From Pelagomonas calceolata (taxonomy: Eukaryota): a DNA stretch of 64,000 nt. Position numbers and translations under genes: made by a program. Numbering within the stretch: the stretch's first letter is position 1; the number at the start of each line of letters is the position of its first letter. The notes beneath the pieces are model-generated. The model made no database searches. It worked only from the letters and a program-made list of their open reading frames with translations, and was not told the origin of the DNA. The stretch covers positions 4,588,001 through 4,652,000 of the forward strand of contig CAKKNE010000001.1 of assembly GCA_918797485.1 (NCBI GenBank), read 5' to 3'. Below are positions 1 through 11,624 of the stretch, in pieces.

Positions 1-3000
1 TCCGCGTCCTTCAACGGAAACGCGCCCCCTACGAGTCGCTGGTGCGTCCGCAGGAACGCGCTCAGACTAACATTTGACGAGGACGCCTCGCGCTTCAGTA
101 AGCGCCGCACGAGGTCGATCGATACAGGTTCCTCGCCGCCCCACAGCTTTTTAGGCCCGTGCAGCGCCTCGTCCAGTAATGTCGAACTGGAGAGGGCGTC
201 GGCCGCGTCGTCAATAGCTATCGTTGGAGCGTTGCCCCGGACGTCCTCAAAAAGTTTCCGCGCGGCTTCGTTTGATGACGACGGCATTGCAGCCTCGGGG
301 TCCAAATCCAAGAACCGCACGTTGAGCTCCGCGCCAAGCAGCGTCGGCTCTTCCGGTTTGACTACTTCTTCCTCCTCTTCTACGGGTGTAGGCGGCGGCT
401 TTTCAGGTGATACGCCAATGAGTAACGCGTCCTGGAGGATGGACGTGCACTCCAGCAGACTTTTCGCGTCCATGCCCCGCGACGGTCGCGGCGCCAACCC
501 CGGCGCCTTTTCGCCGAAGGGCCGCGGGTTGCCCTTGGAGCGCCTTGCGACGAAGGGGAGGCGGTGCTTGACCGGTGAAGAAGGCTTCTTCTTCTTCCGC
601 TTCTTGGGCACCGTGTTCTCCTTGTCTAATGTGGTCAAGGGATCCTCCACATGATGATGACGGTAGGTGCTGACGTCTCTCGTAGGAGCGTCCACACAAA
701 GGCGTCTCGACGCTCTATCGAAAACGCGTTTTGTGGACGCGTGTTGCTGGCTCCAGGCTTTGCACGTCTTACCGGCGAATGGGGCATCCGTACAACTAGC
801 CAACAACAACTCGCGCGCCGTCCGAGGCGCATGGTGCCGGACGGCTTCGTACAGTAAAGACGGTGATGACGAGTTGGACCTAATCAGAGACGGCGGGACG
901 TCGTCTTCCCGATCGCCGTCGTCATATTCGATGGAGTAGGAACCGTCATGCACTGCCACAATTTTGCCACCATACCACTCGTCGCCGCCCTCGAAGCGCG
1001 CTTCGACTTGTTGATTCATTGATAAAGTTGACTGCACCGAATCCGGGTCCGCCCCGAGACCGATCGCGAGCGCGCACATTTCCGCCGAACCGGCGTCGTC
1101 GCCGCCGCACCTCTCCAAAGCTACTCGCAAGCAGCCCGCGGCCTCTCTACTACATTCGGCCGCGTCCTCTCTTAACAGACGCCTTCCAAGCACTTTTAGG
1201 GAGTCGACGGCGCCGCGCGTCGCGTGAAAGTGTAACGCACCGCTCACGACGGCCTTGACCGTCGAACCGCTCGCGAGCGCCACGTCCACGAGCGCGTCCA
1301 GCCGCTCGGGGTCGGCGCACTCGCGGATCAGTGAAGCGACCAGCGCCTTGTCATCAATGCGTCGTTTCCTGATGATGGCCGGGGCGTCCCGCATGTATCT
1401 CGCCGCGCCGAGGGCCGCCGCTTCGATCATCGCGGCGTCGTCCTCTATTGTTATATCCTCGCCAATCTCCATCATAACCCGTTTCTGGAGGTCCTCGCAC
1501 GGTTTTAGGGAAACCAGCAGATCCCGCGCGGTCCTTCGCCAGTTGTCCGGCCTACTGATAGCGTAGGCGTCGCCTTGTAAACACCCGAGGCGCGTCAACA
1601 CCTCCTCGGCGCAATTGACGTGAGAGCCCCGCAAGCAGATGAAGAGGGCGTCCTGGTAGCATTGAGTGGGCACAGAAACAGCGGGCGCGTCCCCGCACAC
1701 CGGTGAAGCGTTCCCCTTCTCGGGCGACAGGAGGTCCAAGGCGTCATTTGAAGGTGGCGCCGCTACTACTACAGAGGAGGACGTCGTCCAGGCGTCGGCT
1801 GGTAAGCGTGATACGGCCAACAGCGCGTCCCGGTTATCCGCGCAGCAACATAGGGCAGCGCAGGCGACGGCGCCGCGCTCCGAACGCCGCTTCAGGAGCG
1901 AAGCACCCCTATCGGTCGTGGCGAACGCCAACAAATCTACGGCCAACGCCACCGCCGCCGCGTCGTTCGCACGGCAGGCCCCGGCCAATGACGTTATCAT
2001 ACCTTGAGCAACCGCCGGCGGCACTTGGACTCGATCCTCGTCGGCGGCCACGAGCCAAAACTCGTCCTCGTACCCGATCCGACAGATCTGTTCGTTCACG
2101 GGATCGGCCCAGCGCACGACGCACAAACCGGGCTCATTTAATTCCGGCCGTCTTATTTGCGGATAGCTCCCCCGCTTGTCTCCATCAAGGTCGGTCCATG
2201 CTTTCACCAAACCTTCGGCACCTACCCGAGGGTGCTGTCTCTGATGATCACCCCATTCATGGACCCACGACGGGTTTCTTTTGACTCTCAGATCCACTCT
2301 CACTATAGCCGGCGTGATGACTGTGGACGTGCCGCCCAGGCCCTTGCAGAGGACTCGGGCGGCATCCAAAGCGCCGTGCGCGGCGGCGCCGATCAACGCC
2401 GCCGTTCGCGGCGGCTCGACGCCTTCATCTTTACAAGCTCGCAGTAAAAGCTCGACGCACTTCTTTGAAGAAGTCTTCCCGGCGACGCGCACCTCTGCTG
2501 ACGCCACATTCGTGTCCGAGGGCGCGTCCTGCACAAATCCACCACACGCGGCAACTAAAGCGCCCTCGGTCTTCGCGCCGTTCTCGACCAACAACTGGAC
2601 GGCCTGGAACTGCCCCGAGCCGGCGGCGCAGCAGAGGGCCGTGGGCCACCTTTCCTCTATACTCATATCGACGTCGGCGCCCTTGTCCAGTAAAGCTCTG
2701 ACGCACTTTAAAGCGCTTGTTTCGGCTAACGCAGCTCTAGTCATGGGCGAGATGCCGTGCGATGCCACCTTCGACGCTAAGTCCAGGGCCTTGGCGGCCT
2801 TGAGGGACGCGTCATGGCCGCGCCGGGCCGCGGCCTCCACGGTGGCCCGGGCCACAGTTACACCGGGGTGCCGCGCGGCGACGATCGCGTCGACGACTCG
2901 ATCGGGGGCTCCATAACTACTTCCGGCCCAGCCCTTCGCGGCTTGTGCGGCGCCGTCGGAGTCGTACCACAGGATTCGGTCGCGCTGTAAGCGCAAAGCG

Positions 3001-6000
3001 TCCGCTTTACTGGATGCGGCGGCGCGCAGGGCGATGAACAATGGTGAGCCAATCGGACTCGACGCGTCGGGGTCGGCGCCGGCCGCCAATAGTAACAAAC
3101 AGGCGGCCTCGCGCGGCGGCACCAGAGCAAAGCTCTTCCCCACGTCACCGCAGCGCGGCGGTGGTGGTGAATGGGGGAATTTTAAGGAGGAAGACGCCTC
3201 CACATACGCATGATCCGACCCCCACGCGTCGCAGTCTCCTTCCTCAGGCGAGAGGAAGCCCCATCTCGAGGCTCGCAAACCACAAGCGACGTGGAGCGGC
3301 GCCAACCCAGAAGCGTCCCGCTGGTTCACATCTATATGACCCTCCACTATGAGCAAACGCGCCGCGTCCAGGCAGCCGTAGGCCAGCAGGTGGTTCAGCA
3401 CCGCGGGCGTCGTTCGGATCTGGTTTCGGCAGAGCCATTTTACATCAGACTCAGAATCGGGGAGCCAGCTCCAGGGCGTCAGGTCGTCACCAGTACCGGG
3501 CCACGCTTCACCATCGTCGGGAGCTGATGAAGCGCCCCGCCTCTCGAGCTCGTCGGCGAGTGCGTGGCATCGGGCTCGCCTCGCGGCACCGACCAGGGAC
3601 TTAGTTCCGGTGTTCAGGGACGCGCCCGCGTCCAGCAACGCGAGGGCCGTTCGCGACCGGCCGTGCTGGCAGGCGCGCATCAACAAATCTTCGTTGACGG
3701 ACGCGCCCGCCTCCGTCAGAGCTTCCACGAGGGCCGCGCCGGCGGCGTCCGGAGCTATAATACGCCGCGTCCCGCCCTTAATACCCCTGAGCGCATCCTG
3801 GAGGCAGGCCCCGAGCCACTCCGATACATCCTCCTGGAAGTACTGCGCTGATGACGGGTGCCTTATCAATAATGACGTCCAGGCGGCCCGCCTTCTCAAT
3901 TCCGCGATATTTTGGAGACGTGCCTCCGGGGATTCTGATGCGGCCTTGCGCAGGTCTCGTGCTGAGTCTGAAGACGTTTTGAGCAGCGACGCGATCGCCG
4001 GCACCGCCCCCTCCAGAGCTTTGGCGCGGAAGGCGGCACCGTTGTCACACGACATTCGAATGACGTCGGGGCACAGCGCCAAACCCAAACAGGCGCCGTC
4101 GAGGGGCATGGCGTAGGCGTCGCCCACTTCCCTTCGTAACGTCTCGGCCTCCCTCACTAATATAGATACGGCCTCGCCAACATGCCGCCCCTGGTCCTCG
4201 GCGTCCCTCAAACTATTAGAGGCGCACCACGGTCTATCCGAAGCCCAGGGTCTTCTTCTTAACACCTCGGGACACCGCAACCGCACCGCGGTCACGCACG
4301 GAATGCTCTCGCCGAGCCACTTCTCCAGTGATGAATCCCTCAGACACGCCTCGTGCAGATCGTGTAAAGGGCGTACGAAGGGATCATCGTGCGCCGTGAA
4401 GGGCCACCGGTTCTCGAATCCCAGGGACGCGCGCATCATTTTAGTCGGCGCTTGCGATAGTGGAGAGACGGCGTAGTCTCCATGACATCGCGCCGCCTCG
4501 CCCGCGCCGCACTGTTTTCCTGAAAGCAGGTCGTCGTCCGTGCCCGCCAGCTCCCTTAGCCACGAGCTCACGGCGCCGTCGACAGACTCCAGACAGAGCG
4601 CACACACACAAGCCGCCGCGTCCCTGGCGCCCTTGGCGTCATCCACATCATCGTCATCTAGGAGTGGAGGGCCTTGCAGGACTTCCGTCGCCAGTAAAAA
4701 CACGGAGAAGGACGGCAGCGCGGACGCCAGCCGGTCTACGGAAGGTCTCATGCTTTTTGTCATATCAGAGGTCTGGGCCGCCACGCCCAGCAGTTTCCCT
4801 TCGTCATCATCATTTGACGTCAGCGACGTCTCCCGTTCGGAATCGCAGCGCGCGCGCGCCGCGTCTGCGGCCGCGAGGTAGGCGTCGAAGAGCTTTCGAG
4901 CCGACGACGCGAAGCTCGCACGTTCCTCCGGCGACGCGCCCTTTAAGATGAATGCGGCCGCCACGGCCACCTCGCCTATTGTCCGCCACGATTCACTGGC
5001 TTCGTCTGTCATTGTTCTCGGCGCGGCCCACGCCTTGTCGTCCTCGAGGGCTATGAGTTGCTTCAGGCAGGCTTCAATTAACAATGAGAGCGGCCCCGCG
5101 CGCAGCGCCTCCCTTATACTTTGCCGCGCTTCCGGTAAATTTGGGACGCGGTCCGCGTCGTCGATCGCAAAAAGCTCCGCTTCGATGACGCGCCGCGCCC
5201 GCTGCGGCACCGCCTCCAGCAGTTTTTGCCGCTGGCCGTGCATCAAGCCGTCTCCCAATAGTCCGAACTGGTCGCGAATCGCTTTTTCCGTGGCGCGTGC
5301 CAGCTGCGCTTTCCCACCAAGAGAGGACCCTTCCACAACACAAGCGCACCAGGCGGCCACTTTACTGACAGACCACGTTTGAGTGTTGGGCACCTCATCT
5401 TTCCTCGATAGATGGAGCGCCAAGGCCGAGGGGCACCGCCTATGAACCCGTTCCTTGCCGGAACCTTCCAACGCAGCGGCAATGAGGGCGGCCGCCGTCG
5501 CCAACCCATGCGAGGGCGTGGACTTGACGACCTCACTGAGAGTATGAGCGGCCGCCGCCGCGTCCTTCGCTATCAAGTGGCAGAGAAGCCGCGAGCCGGG
5601 GCCGAATCCCAACGCAATATCACCTTGACTATCGCCGGCCGTCCAGAAGGATGAGGACAGGTCCCCGAAGATCAACGAAGCGCGCACATGTGGTTGATTG
5701 GTATGCCACTGCTGCACGGCCTTTGTTAAATAAGTCGGAGGTGCGAGGAACATGTCCGCCTGGCGGCTGCGGCCGTCCCTGCCGCCCAGAATGCATTTGA
5801 GGGACCCGAGCATGTTCACCAAACTCGTATCTGTAAATAACGCTCTCCGTAAACCACCGTCCGACGACACCGTCTTTATGTTCATGTCGATCCGCCCGTC
5901 GAGGGCCTCCTCTATTATCGACACTTGATCTAGCTCAACAAATCCGGGCGTCGCCCGCCGGCAAGCTCTATGGGCCCTTAGTATGTCGGACCGCAGCGCG

Positions 6001-6863
6001 TACCAGTACGCCGCGAAGCGGTCCGCGCGGTTCTTCGACCCACGCACGGCCGCGTCGTCGGCGTCCCACCAGCGTGGTAGGGGCGACCCTTTTATCGAGC
6101 ATGATGCGTCGGAGACCAGCCTTCCAATAGCATGGCGCGCCGCGCAGGTCAGGGGCCACTCGTCTTCATTTGATGAGCGGACGCACAGCGGTAGTGCCGC
6201 GTGGAGCCACGCTAATCTAGCGTTCGTCGAGAGCGGCACGTCGGGCCGCAGGGCGTTGACGAGGCACTGCGCCGCGAGGCTCCGTCCCGGTGGCGTGCGA
6301 ACATTCAGTAGCGTCGTAGGGCCGCCGCAGCTCTCTGATAAACCATCGAGGGCGTGCGCCGTCGCCTCGTTCGTGCTTCGACAAAAGCTCTTGTGATGGC
6401 GCTCGTCGTCGCTCAATAGCGTCGTCAGCGCGACGCCCTCCTCGCTCACCTCGTATTTTCCTCTAACACGAGTTAAGGCGAGCGGCCCGAGCGCTCTAAT
6501 AGCGTCAGATAACGCCGTCGCGAGCGCGTCGACGCCGCGGTGGCGCGCGGCCCAGACGGCGCCCGTCGGCCGCCTCCTCTCAGAATGCTGGCGCGTCCAC
6601 CACGCTTCATGATTGGGCTGCGCCGCGCGCGCCCGGCGCTTCTCGAGAGTGTTGTGAACGGCGAAGGGCCACGTGCTCAACTCGAGCGCTAAATCAGCCA
6701 TGCCCGACGGCCGCGTCGCACTTTTTTTGGAGGGCGGGTCGTCGTCGACGGTCCAGCTGCCCATGCTCTCGTCGCCCTCGCAGACGTCGTTGTCTTCAAA
6801 AGCCGTCACCGAGTCCTGGCTGCCCAGGGCGCTCGGCTCGGACGCGTGGCTTTGCTGGTCCAT
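1..6863 (-). CDS. Very large (>2280 aa, runs off the left edge) predicted helical protein with a Tudor/Agenet-like domain and basic NLS
   Basis: ATG at 6863 (MDQQSHASEP...). The frame was open wherever I checked it by hand (1-60, 900-1160, 4860-4960). Its absence from the ORF track fits an ORF with no stop inside the window. VEARFEGGDEWYGGKIVAVHDGSYSIEYDDGD (~900-1010) is Tudor/Agenet-like; PKKRKKKK lies near 590-610. Confidence 0.7.
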   Translation of the reverse strand, partial: MDQQSHASEPSALGSQDSVTAFEDNDVCEGDESMGSWTVDDDPPSKKSATRPSGMADLALELSTWPFAVHNTLEKRRARAAQPNHEAWWTRQHSERRRPTGAVWAARHRGVDALATALSDAIRALGPLALTRVRGKYEVSEEGVALTTLLSDDERHHKSFCRSTNEATAHALDGLSESCGGPTTLLNVRTPPGRSLAAQCLVNALRPDVPLSTNARLAWLHAALPLCVRSSNEDEWPLTCAARHAIGRLVSDASCSIKGSPLPRWWDADDAAVRGSKNRADRFAAYWYALRSDILRAHRACRRATPGFVELDQVSIIEEALDGRIDMNIKTVSSDGGLRRALFTDTSLVNMLGSLKCILGGRDGRSRQADMFLAPPTYLTKAVQQWHTNQPHVRASLIFGDLSSSFWTAGDSQGDIALGFGPGSRLLCHLIAKDAAAAAHTLSEVVKSTPSHGLATAAALIAAALEGSGKERVHRRCPSALALHLSRKDEVPNTQTWSVSKVAAWCACVVEGSSLGGKAQLARATEKAIRDQFGLLGDGLMHGQRQKLLEAVPQRARRVIEAELFAIDDADRVPNLPEARQSIREALRAGPLSLLIEACLKQLIALEDDKAWAAPRTMTDEASESWRTIGEVAVAAAFILKGASPEERASFASSARKLFDAYLAAADAARARCDSERETSLTSNDDDEGKLLGVAAQTSDMTKSMRPSVDRLASALPSFSVFLLATEVLQGPPLLDDDDVDDAKGARDAAACVCALCLESVDGAVSSWLRELAGTDDDLLSGKQCGAGEAARCHGDYAVSPLSQAPTKMMRASLGFENRWPFTAHDDPFVRPLHDLHEACLRDSSLEKWLGESIPCVTAVRLRCPEVLRRRPWASDRPWCASNSLRDAEDQGRHVGEAVSILVREAETLRREVGDAYAMPLDGACLGLALCPDVIRMSCDNGAAFRAKALEGAVPAIASLLKTSSDSARDLRKAASESPEARLQNIAELRRRAAWTSLLIRHPSSAQYFQEDVSEWLGACLQDALRGIKGGTRRIIAPDAAGAALVEALTEAGASVNEDLLMRACQHGRSRTALALLDAGASLNTGTKSLVGAARRARCHALADELERRGASSAPDDGEAWPGTGDDLTPWSWLPDSESDVKWLCRNQIRTTPAVLNHLLAYGCLDAARLLIVEGHIDVNQRDASGLAPLHVACGLRASRWGFLSPEEGDCDAWGSDHAYVEASSSLKFPHSPPPPRCGDVGKSFALVPPREAACLLLLAAGADPDASSPIGSPLFIALRAAASSKADALRLQRDRILWYDSDGAAQAAKGWAGSSYGAPDRVVDAIVAARHPGVTVARATVEAAARRGHDASLKAAKALDLASKVASHGISPMTRAALAETSALKCVRALLDKGADVDMSIEERWPTALCCAAGSGQFQAVQLLVENGAKTEGALVAACGGFVQDAPSDTNVASAEVRVAGKTSSKKCVELLLRACKDEGVEPPRTAALIGAAAHGALDAARVLCKGLGGTSTVITPAIVRVDLRVKRNPSWVHEWGDHQRQHPRVGAEGLVKAWTDLDGDKRGSYPQIRRPELNEPGLCVVRWADPVNEQICRIGYEDEFWLVAADEDRVQVPPAVAQGMITSLAGACRANDAAAVALAVDLLAFATTDRGASLLKRRSERGAVACAALCCCADNRDALLAVSRLPADAWTTSSSVVVAAPPSNDALDLLSPEKGNASPVCGDAPAVSVPTQCYQDALFICLRGSHVNCAEEVLTRLGCLQGDAYAISRPDNWRRTARDLLVSLKPCEDLQKRVMMEIGEDITIEDDAAMIEAAALGAARYMRDAPAIIRKRRIDDKALVASLIRECADPERLDALVDVALASGSTVKAVVSGALHFHATRGAVDSLKVLGRRLLREDAAECSREAAGCLRVALERCGGDDAGSAEMCALAIGLGADPDSVQSTLSMNQQVEARFEGGDEWYGGKIVAVHDGSYSIEYDDGDREDDVPPSLIRSNSSSPSLLYEAVRHHAPRTARELLLASCTDAPFAGKTCKAWSQQHASTKRVFDRASRRLCVDAPTRDVSTYRHHHVEDPLTTLDKENTVPKKRKKKKPSSPVKHRLPFVARRSKGNPRPFGEKAPGLAPRPSRGMDAKSLLECTSILQDALLIGVSPEKPPPTPVEEEEEVVKPEEPTLLGAELNVRFLDLDPEAAMPSSSNEAARKLFEDVRGNAPTIAIDDAADALSSSTLLDEALHGPKKLWGGEEPVSIDLVRRLLKREASSSNVSLSAFLRTHQRLVGGAFPLKDA

Positions 6864-7479
6864 TGTGTCCTCTGGTTATTTTTCCGTTTTTGGTGCCAAT
6901 CGCGCTGCGCGACCGCGCGACGGGTATGCCGGGCTGCCTCGGCAGGTTTTGCGCGGCTTTGGGGCTGCCTGGGCAGCACGCAGTCGCACCGCGGCCGCAC
7001 AGTTGACTGCTCGAGTCTGTGCCCCGTACAAAGTTTGTTCATCACCCACCCGTCGGAGGACGGCGTTGCCCCGGGCCCGAGTACCTCTGGGTCTGCCCGC
7101 GGGGGCTTTGGACGCATAGAGAACGCCGACCTCGCGCCGAGGCCGGCGCGGAAGTTTCAGGTGTGCGAGCGGGTAGGGGCAGCCCCGGGCGCCACCCGTG
7201 GGGCCCTGTGACGGGTAGAAGACGCAGACCGCGCGCAAAAGCCGATGTTGCATATTTGGTTGGTCCAGCGGGACCGGCTCGTCCAGTAGACTACGTTTAG
7301 GTTTGTCCGCGCACTATACAACAGGCAACGGCTGCCAAACGCCCGGCACACGCCGCCGACGCGTCGCGTACACCACCGTTGCACTGCCCGCGGCAGCTGA
7401 TCGGCCGCGCGCCGCCCGCGCACCGCGCGAGACAGCACAGGTCCGGCAACTACCGGAAAAGGCTGCCCGACGCGCACCA

Positions 7480-8877
7480 ATGATGCGGCGCAACCTCTCG
7501 GAGGGCAGCGACGAGAGCCCGCGCGACGTCCAGCAGCTCGAGGCCACGGAGCGCCGCCTCGCGCGGCGCCTCCAGCTCCTCGACGAGTTGAAAGCGAGAG
7601 ACCTCCACGAGTGCAGCTGGACGGGCGACGCGCGGCTCGTCGCGGCCCATCTAGATGATGCAGCTAGGAAAGGAGGCCTGCGCGCGCGCAAGGATGTGAA
7701 AGCGGCGCGCAAGAAGTTGCGCGCGTTGGAACGCGAGGCGGACGCGATGGCCCGGCGCCAGAGCAGCGACGGCGAGGCGTCGGAGTGCGAGATCGCCGTG
7801 GCCTACGACGAGAAAGTGGATGATGCCCGCGAGGCGCTGCAGGCGGCGGAGGCGCGCGTCGAGGTTTCCGAAAGGGAGGCGCGCGTCGCCGCCGCGAACT
7901 TGGTCGACTCGTCGGAGTTCGGCGAGGGCTACCGGCCGATCCACTACGCGGCCTATGCCGGTCACCATGAGGTCGTGGCCTTGTTGTTGAACAACGGCGC
8001 TCGACCTGGTGAGAAGAACGAGGCCGGCTGCACGCCTCTCTTCCTCGCGGCGCAGCAGGGCAAGGCGGCGGTCGTGGAGACGTTGCGACGGAACGACCCC
8101 GGGTTTGACGTGACGCGCAAGCGCGACTGGGTCGACGCCGGCGACGGGAGATATTTGTGCCCTTTGGATGTCTGTAGACCCGCGGACGGCAAGCGCGTCC
8201 CTTCGAGGGCGGCGACGCGCGACGCGCTCATGGAGGGCCTCGACAAGATCGATGTCAGGCCGCCGCCGGCGCCCTTGCTCACGGTGAGTGAACATGGCGG
8301 CCTCGAGGTGTCCTGGACGCCGGACCACTACGAGGTCCAGACCGGCGGGTTGGACGCGCCGCCCGTCCACGCTCTGAAAATCAAGATCGTGCCCTCTGAT
8401 AACGGCGCGGATCCGGCGGCGATCATGGTGATCCGCGCGACGGCCGAGCGCGCGCGCATTCTTACTGGTTTTGAGCGCGGCCGCGTCGAGCCGGGCGTCT
8501 CCTACGTCGCCGTCTGCGCGCGCGTCTCGGCGGCCGGCGCGTCGGCCTACTCGGCGCCGTCGGAGCCGGCGATTGCCGCGGAGCCGGTCGAGCGCGAGGC
8601 GCCGAGCCGCGACGTTGATGACGTGGCGCGGGAGCCCGCGCAACGGGTCCACCCGAAGATCGCGCGCGCGCGCGCCGCCATGCTCACGAACCGCGAGAAG
8701 CGCCGCCGCGTCCAGGAGCTGATCCGAACACCCATGGCGTCGTCGTCACGCCCGTCGCCGCGCGGCGCGTTCGACGCGGAACCCGCGGCCGCGGCGCCCG
8801 GGCCCGCCGCCGGGGACGCCCTCGACCTCCTCGACGACGACGATGATGAGGTCCCGGCGCCCGCGCCTGCCCCCTAG
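7480..8877 (+). CDS. Ankyrin-repeat protein with coiled coil and C-terminal FN3-like domain
   Basis: Ankyrin motifs GYRPIHYAAYAGHHEVVALLLNNGA and GCTPLFLAAQQGKAAVVETL. PPPAP...LEVSW...PGVSYVAVCARVSAAGASAYSAPS resembles FN3. First ATG at 7480. Confidence 0.75.
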   Translation: MMRRNLSEGSDESPRDVQQLEATERRLARRLQLLDELKARDLHECSWTGDARLVAAHLDDAARKGGLRARKDVKAARKKLRALEREADAMARRQSSDGEASECEIAVAYDEKVDDAREALQAAEARVEVSEREARVAAANLVDSSEFGEGYRPIHYAAYAGHHEVVALLLNNGARPGEKNEAGCTPLFLAAQQGKAAVVETLRRNDPGFDVTRKRDWVDAGDGRYLCPLDVCRPADGKRVPSRAATRDALMEGLDKIDVRPPPAPLLTVSEHGGLEVSWTPDHYEVQTGGLDAPPVHALKIKIVPSDNGADPAAIMVIRATAERARILTGFERGRVEPGVSYVAVCARVSAAGASAYSAPSEPAIAAEPVEREAPSRDVDDVAREPAQRVHPKIARARAAMLTNREKRRRVQELIRTPMASSSRPSPRGAFDAEPAAAAPGPAAGDALDLLDDDDDEVPAPAPAP

Positions 8878-8971
8878 CTCTTTTTTAACTACCGATACTA
8901 CTGCGTATGCCCTAGTCGCAGAGCCGACGTGAGGCCTGCGTGAACTTTATTTACTCGGGAGTCGGGGCCGC

Positions 8972-9907
8972 CTAGCTAGAGGTCGCCTTGGCGTCGTTCG
9001 CGCGGCCTTTCGCGAGAGCGTGCTTTAAGCTGTTGTCCTTTTTCGGGCGGCGGCGGGGGCGGCGGCGACGCTTCGAAGCCGGGGGCTGCTTGACCGCGCC
9101 GCCGCATCTGTGCACCAACGCCTGCAGCACCCGGACGGCCTCGCGGTCTATCCGAGCCATGGTCGATGATTCGATCGTCGTCGGCCGCGCGGGATTATCG
9201 AGGACGAAATAGACTTCCGTCTGACGCTTGCCCTTCGGAAATCTCGCGACCTTTTTGAAGTTGACAAGCCAATACCCAGCTGTTTCGATGACATGCTGCT
9301 GTTCACTTTGCAACACCTTTTTCAACTGTCTTTCCATCGCATGAACCGCCGAGAGCAAGGCGTCGCGGGGCACCGCGATGTTGGTCGACGCGGATAAATC
9401 AAGCGTCGTCGAGCTAGAATCTTTGTGGACCGGCCCGCGCCAGAGACGCAACTGCGTCTCCCACGATCGGATCTTCTTCTTCGAGGGATTGACATGTAGG
9501 TCACGCATCTGCGCGTCAAAGTCGTCGTCGACCTCGTGCCTTCGCGGCGGCGCGAAATTCTCGAAGCCAAAGCACTCCGTTCGCCCGTCGTACACGCTTT
9601 TGAGCGTCGTCGCGAGGTCGTCTAGGAGGGACTTCACGGCGTGCGCGTCCACCTGCTTCTGCGGCGGCGGCCGCCGCGGAGCCGCGACGGCCTTGCGGCC
9701 CTTGCTGCGAACCGTGCTGCTTCCGGGATGGCCGGAGAGCGGCTTTGCCGGCGCGGTGAACGAATCGCACATATCCGTCTCCGTCAGGGAGTCGCGCGTG
9801 TCCATTCTCTCGAATCTGGGCAGCCCTTTCTGGGGGGCCTGAGGAGCCTTGGGCGGCGGCGGCTGACGTGCCCGCATCCTCCGCAGCTGATCTTCCAAGG
9901 ACGACAT
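8972..9907 (-). CDS. Hypothetical protein
   Basis: ORF from MSSLEDQL... with protein-like composition; no recognisable domain. Confidence 0.55.
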   Translation of the reverse strand: MSSLEDQLRRMRARQPPPPKAPQAPQKGLPRFERMDTRDSLTETDMCDSFTAPAKPLSGHPGSSTVRSKGRKAVAAPRRPPPQKQVDAHAVKSLLDDLATTLKSVYDGRTECFGFENFAPPRRHEVDDDFDAQMRDLHVNPSKKKIRSWETQLRLWRGPVHKDSSSTTLDLSASTNIAVPRDALLSAVHAMERQLKKVLQSEQQHVIETAGYWLVNFKKVARFPKGKRQTEVYFVLDNPARPTTIESSTMARIDREAVRVLQALVHRCGGAVKQPPASKRRRRPRRRPKKDNSLKHALAKGRANDAKATSS

Positions 9908-10139
9908 TCTCTGCCCGTTGGCTGGTCCCAAATTGCCAGTGAAGCGCCGGCGTGAAAACAAGGCTCATGATGAGACGATCCCGCACGAAGCAGCTCCGCG
10001 CACACGCCGTCGCCGCGACCTCTCGGGGTCGCCGCGGACCTCTCGGGGTGCCGCGGACATCTCGGGAAAGTCTAGAGGAAGAGTCCAGAAATATCAATAT
10101 TTCAGATTAGTGAGAGCGGGGAGGCGCGGACGGGGTACT

Positions 10140-10760
10140 CTACCCGAGTACCGTCTGCATCTGGCACTTCGTGCCGTAGTAGCCCGAGAAGCATTTGCAG
10201 AGGCCCGAGTCGTAGTCGCACAATCCTCTTCCCGAGCAGTCCCGGCCCTTCGTGTTGCCCATGCCCGAGAGGATGTCCGTGCCCGACGGGCACTCCTGGA
10301 GGCTACAGTCGGGGCCACGGAATCCGAGATCGCAGACGCACCCCACGTGCTTCATGGCGTCCCAGGGCGTCGAGTAGACCGTGCCCGCTTCCGAGGCGAG
10401 CTGCTTCTGCGTGTAGCAGATGCCGCGGTCCGAGCAGTCGTTCGGGCAGGAAGTGCGCTCGCACGCGATGCCCTCGTAGCCGTCGAAGCAGTCGCACTCG
10501 CCGGACTTGCGGTCGCAGGAGCCCTGGTTGGAGCACTCGGCCATGCCGTGGACGTCGTTGTGGCCGGCGACGGGGTACTTGACCCAGGCCGTGTCCTTGG
10601 GGCACGTGCGCTCCGAGCAGTCGGCGGCCTGCCAGGCCGTGTCGTTGTTCGGGCGGAGGTGGCAGGTGCAGCGGTCGTCGGCGCCGCACGAGCCGTGGCC
10701 GGAGCAGCCGTTCGGGCAGTAGGCGTAGGCCGAGGCGGCGAGGAGGAGGAGCTTGTACAT
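10140..10760 (-). CDS. Secreted Cys-rich EGF/tenascin-like protein, resembling the stramenopile Sig/Ocm mastigoneme (flagellar hair) family
   Basis: Signal peptide [13 protein letters not shown] and four EGF-like units ([71 protein letters not shown]). Strong GC3 bias. Confidence 0.75.
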   Translation of the reverse strand: MYKLLLLAASAYAYCPNGCSGHGSCGADDRCTCHLRPNNDTAWQAADCSERTCPKDTAWVKYPVAGHNDVHGMAECSNQGSCDRKSGECDCFDGYEGIACERTSCPNDCSDRGICYTQKQLASEAGTVYSTPWDAMKHVGCVCDLGFRGPDCSLQECPSGTDILSGMGNTKGRDCSGRGLCDYDSGLCKCFSGYYGTKCQMQTVLG

Positions 10761-11624
10761 CGTTTTGTGGTGTGGTGTTTTTTTTGTTTCTGCGAGGGGG
10801 GGGCGCGGCGTCGGGTCCGGGGCTCTCAGCGCGCGCGCGGCGGGGCGGCGGCCGGCGGCGGCCCGGGCAGCCCCCGGGAGCTGCGCTCGGTGGGAGCCGG
10901 AGCAGCCCGTGGGAGCGAGGGCACGCGGCGCGATGCCGGGCAGCCCTAGCGCCGCGGGGCGGCCTATTGGTCCAGCGAGCTTATTTAACGAGCGTCTGCT
11001 CTTCGCAGAGCAGGGACGTCGCGGTGAAGCGGGACTCCCAGGATCCGAGGCGATGGTCCTTTTCAGTGTGTTGGCAGCCTAATTTTGTAGTTGCGCGGGC
11101 TGTAACCTTGTCAAAAGAGCCTCCAAAGCTGGTCCAGCGGCTATAATCTCTGCCAGTGGAATTACTAGTGTAGCTTCTAGTTACACGAGGCGCACAAAAT
11201 ATTGCGTCCGGAAATGTCCTGAACGAGGCCTGCACGCTGCCGGGCACCCCTAAAGCCCTATGCGTACGCGTCCAAAAAAATCGGCGCGCGTCCGCGACCG
11301 CGCCAGGCCTCGGAGACAACTGTTGGAAGAAACCTCTAAAATGAGGAGATACCGTCCCCGGGGCGTGTCTTCAAGGGCTCCCGCGCTAGGAAACCCGCGT
11401 GCGCTAGCGGCATGTAAGACACTAGGGATGCCTAACAAAACAACACAAGCGCCGCCGCGACAAGCGCTACGCATCGATTGCGCTAGCCGGCACTGGTTTC
11501 GATACCATTTCTGCGAACCACAGCGCAGCGCTTGGCCGCACGGCGTGAAGCGACACCTGCTTTGTACTGGGGCTACAGACAAAGCTTGCAAAGTTCCTCA
11601 CGAACGCGCGGCAGCCATCCGAAC

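Noticed and set aside
232..6400. Many short plus-strand ORFs
   Set aside because: They are antisense shadows of the giant minus-strand CDS, with Ser/Ala/Arg-rich translations typical of high-GC off-frames.
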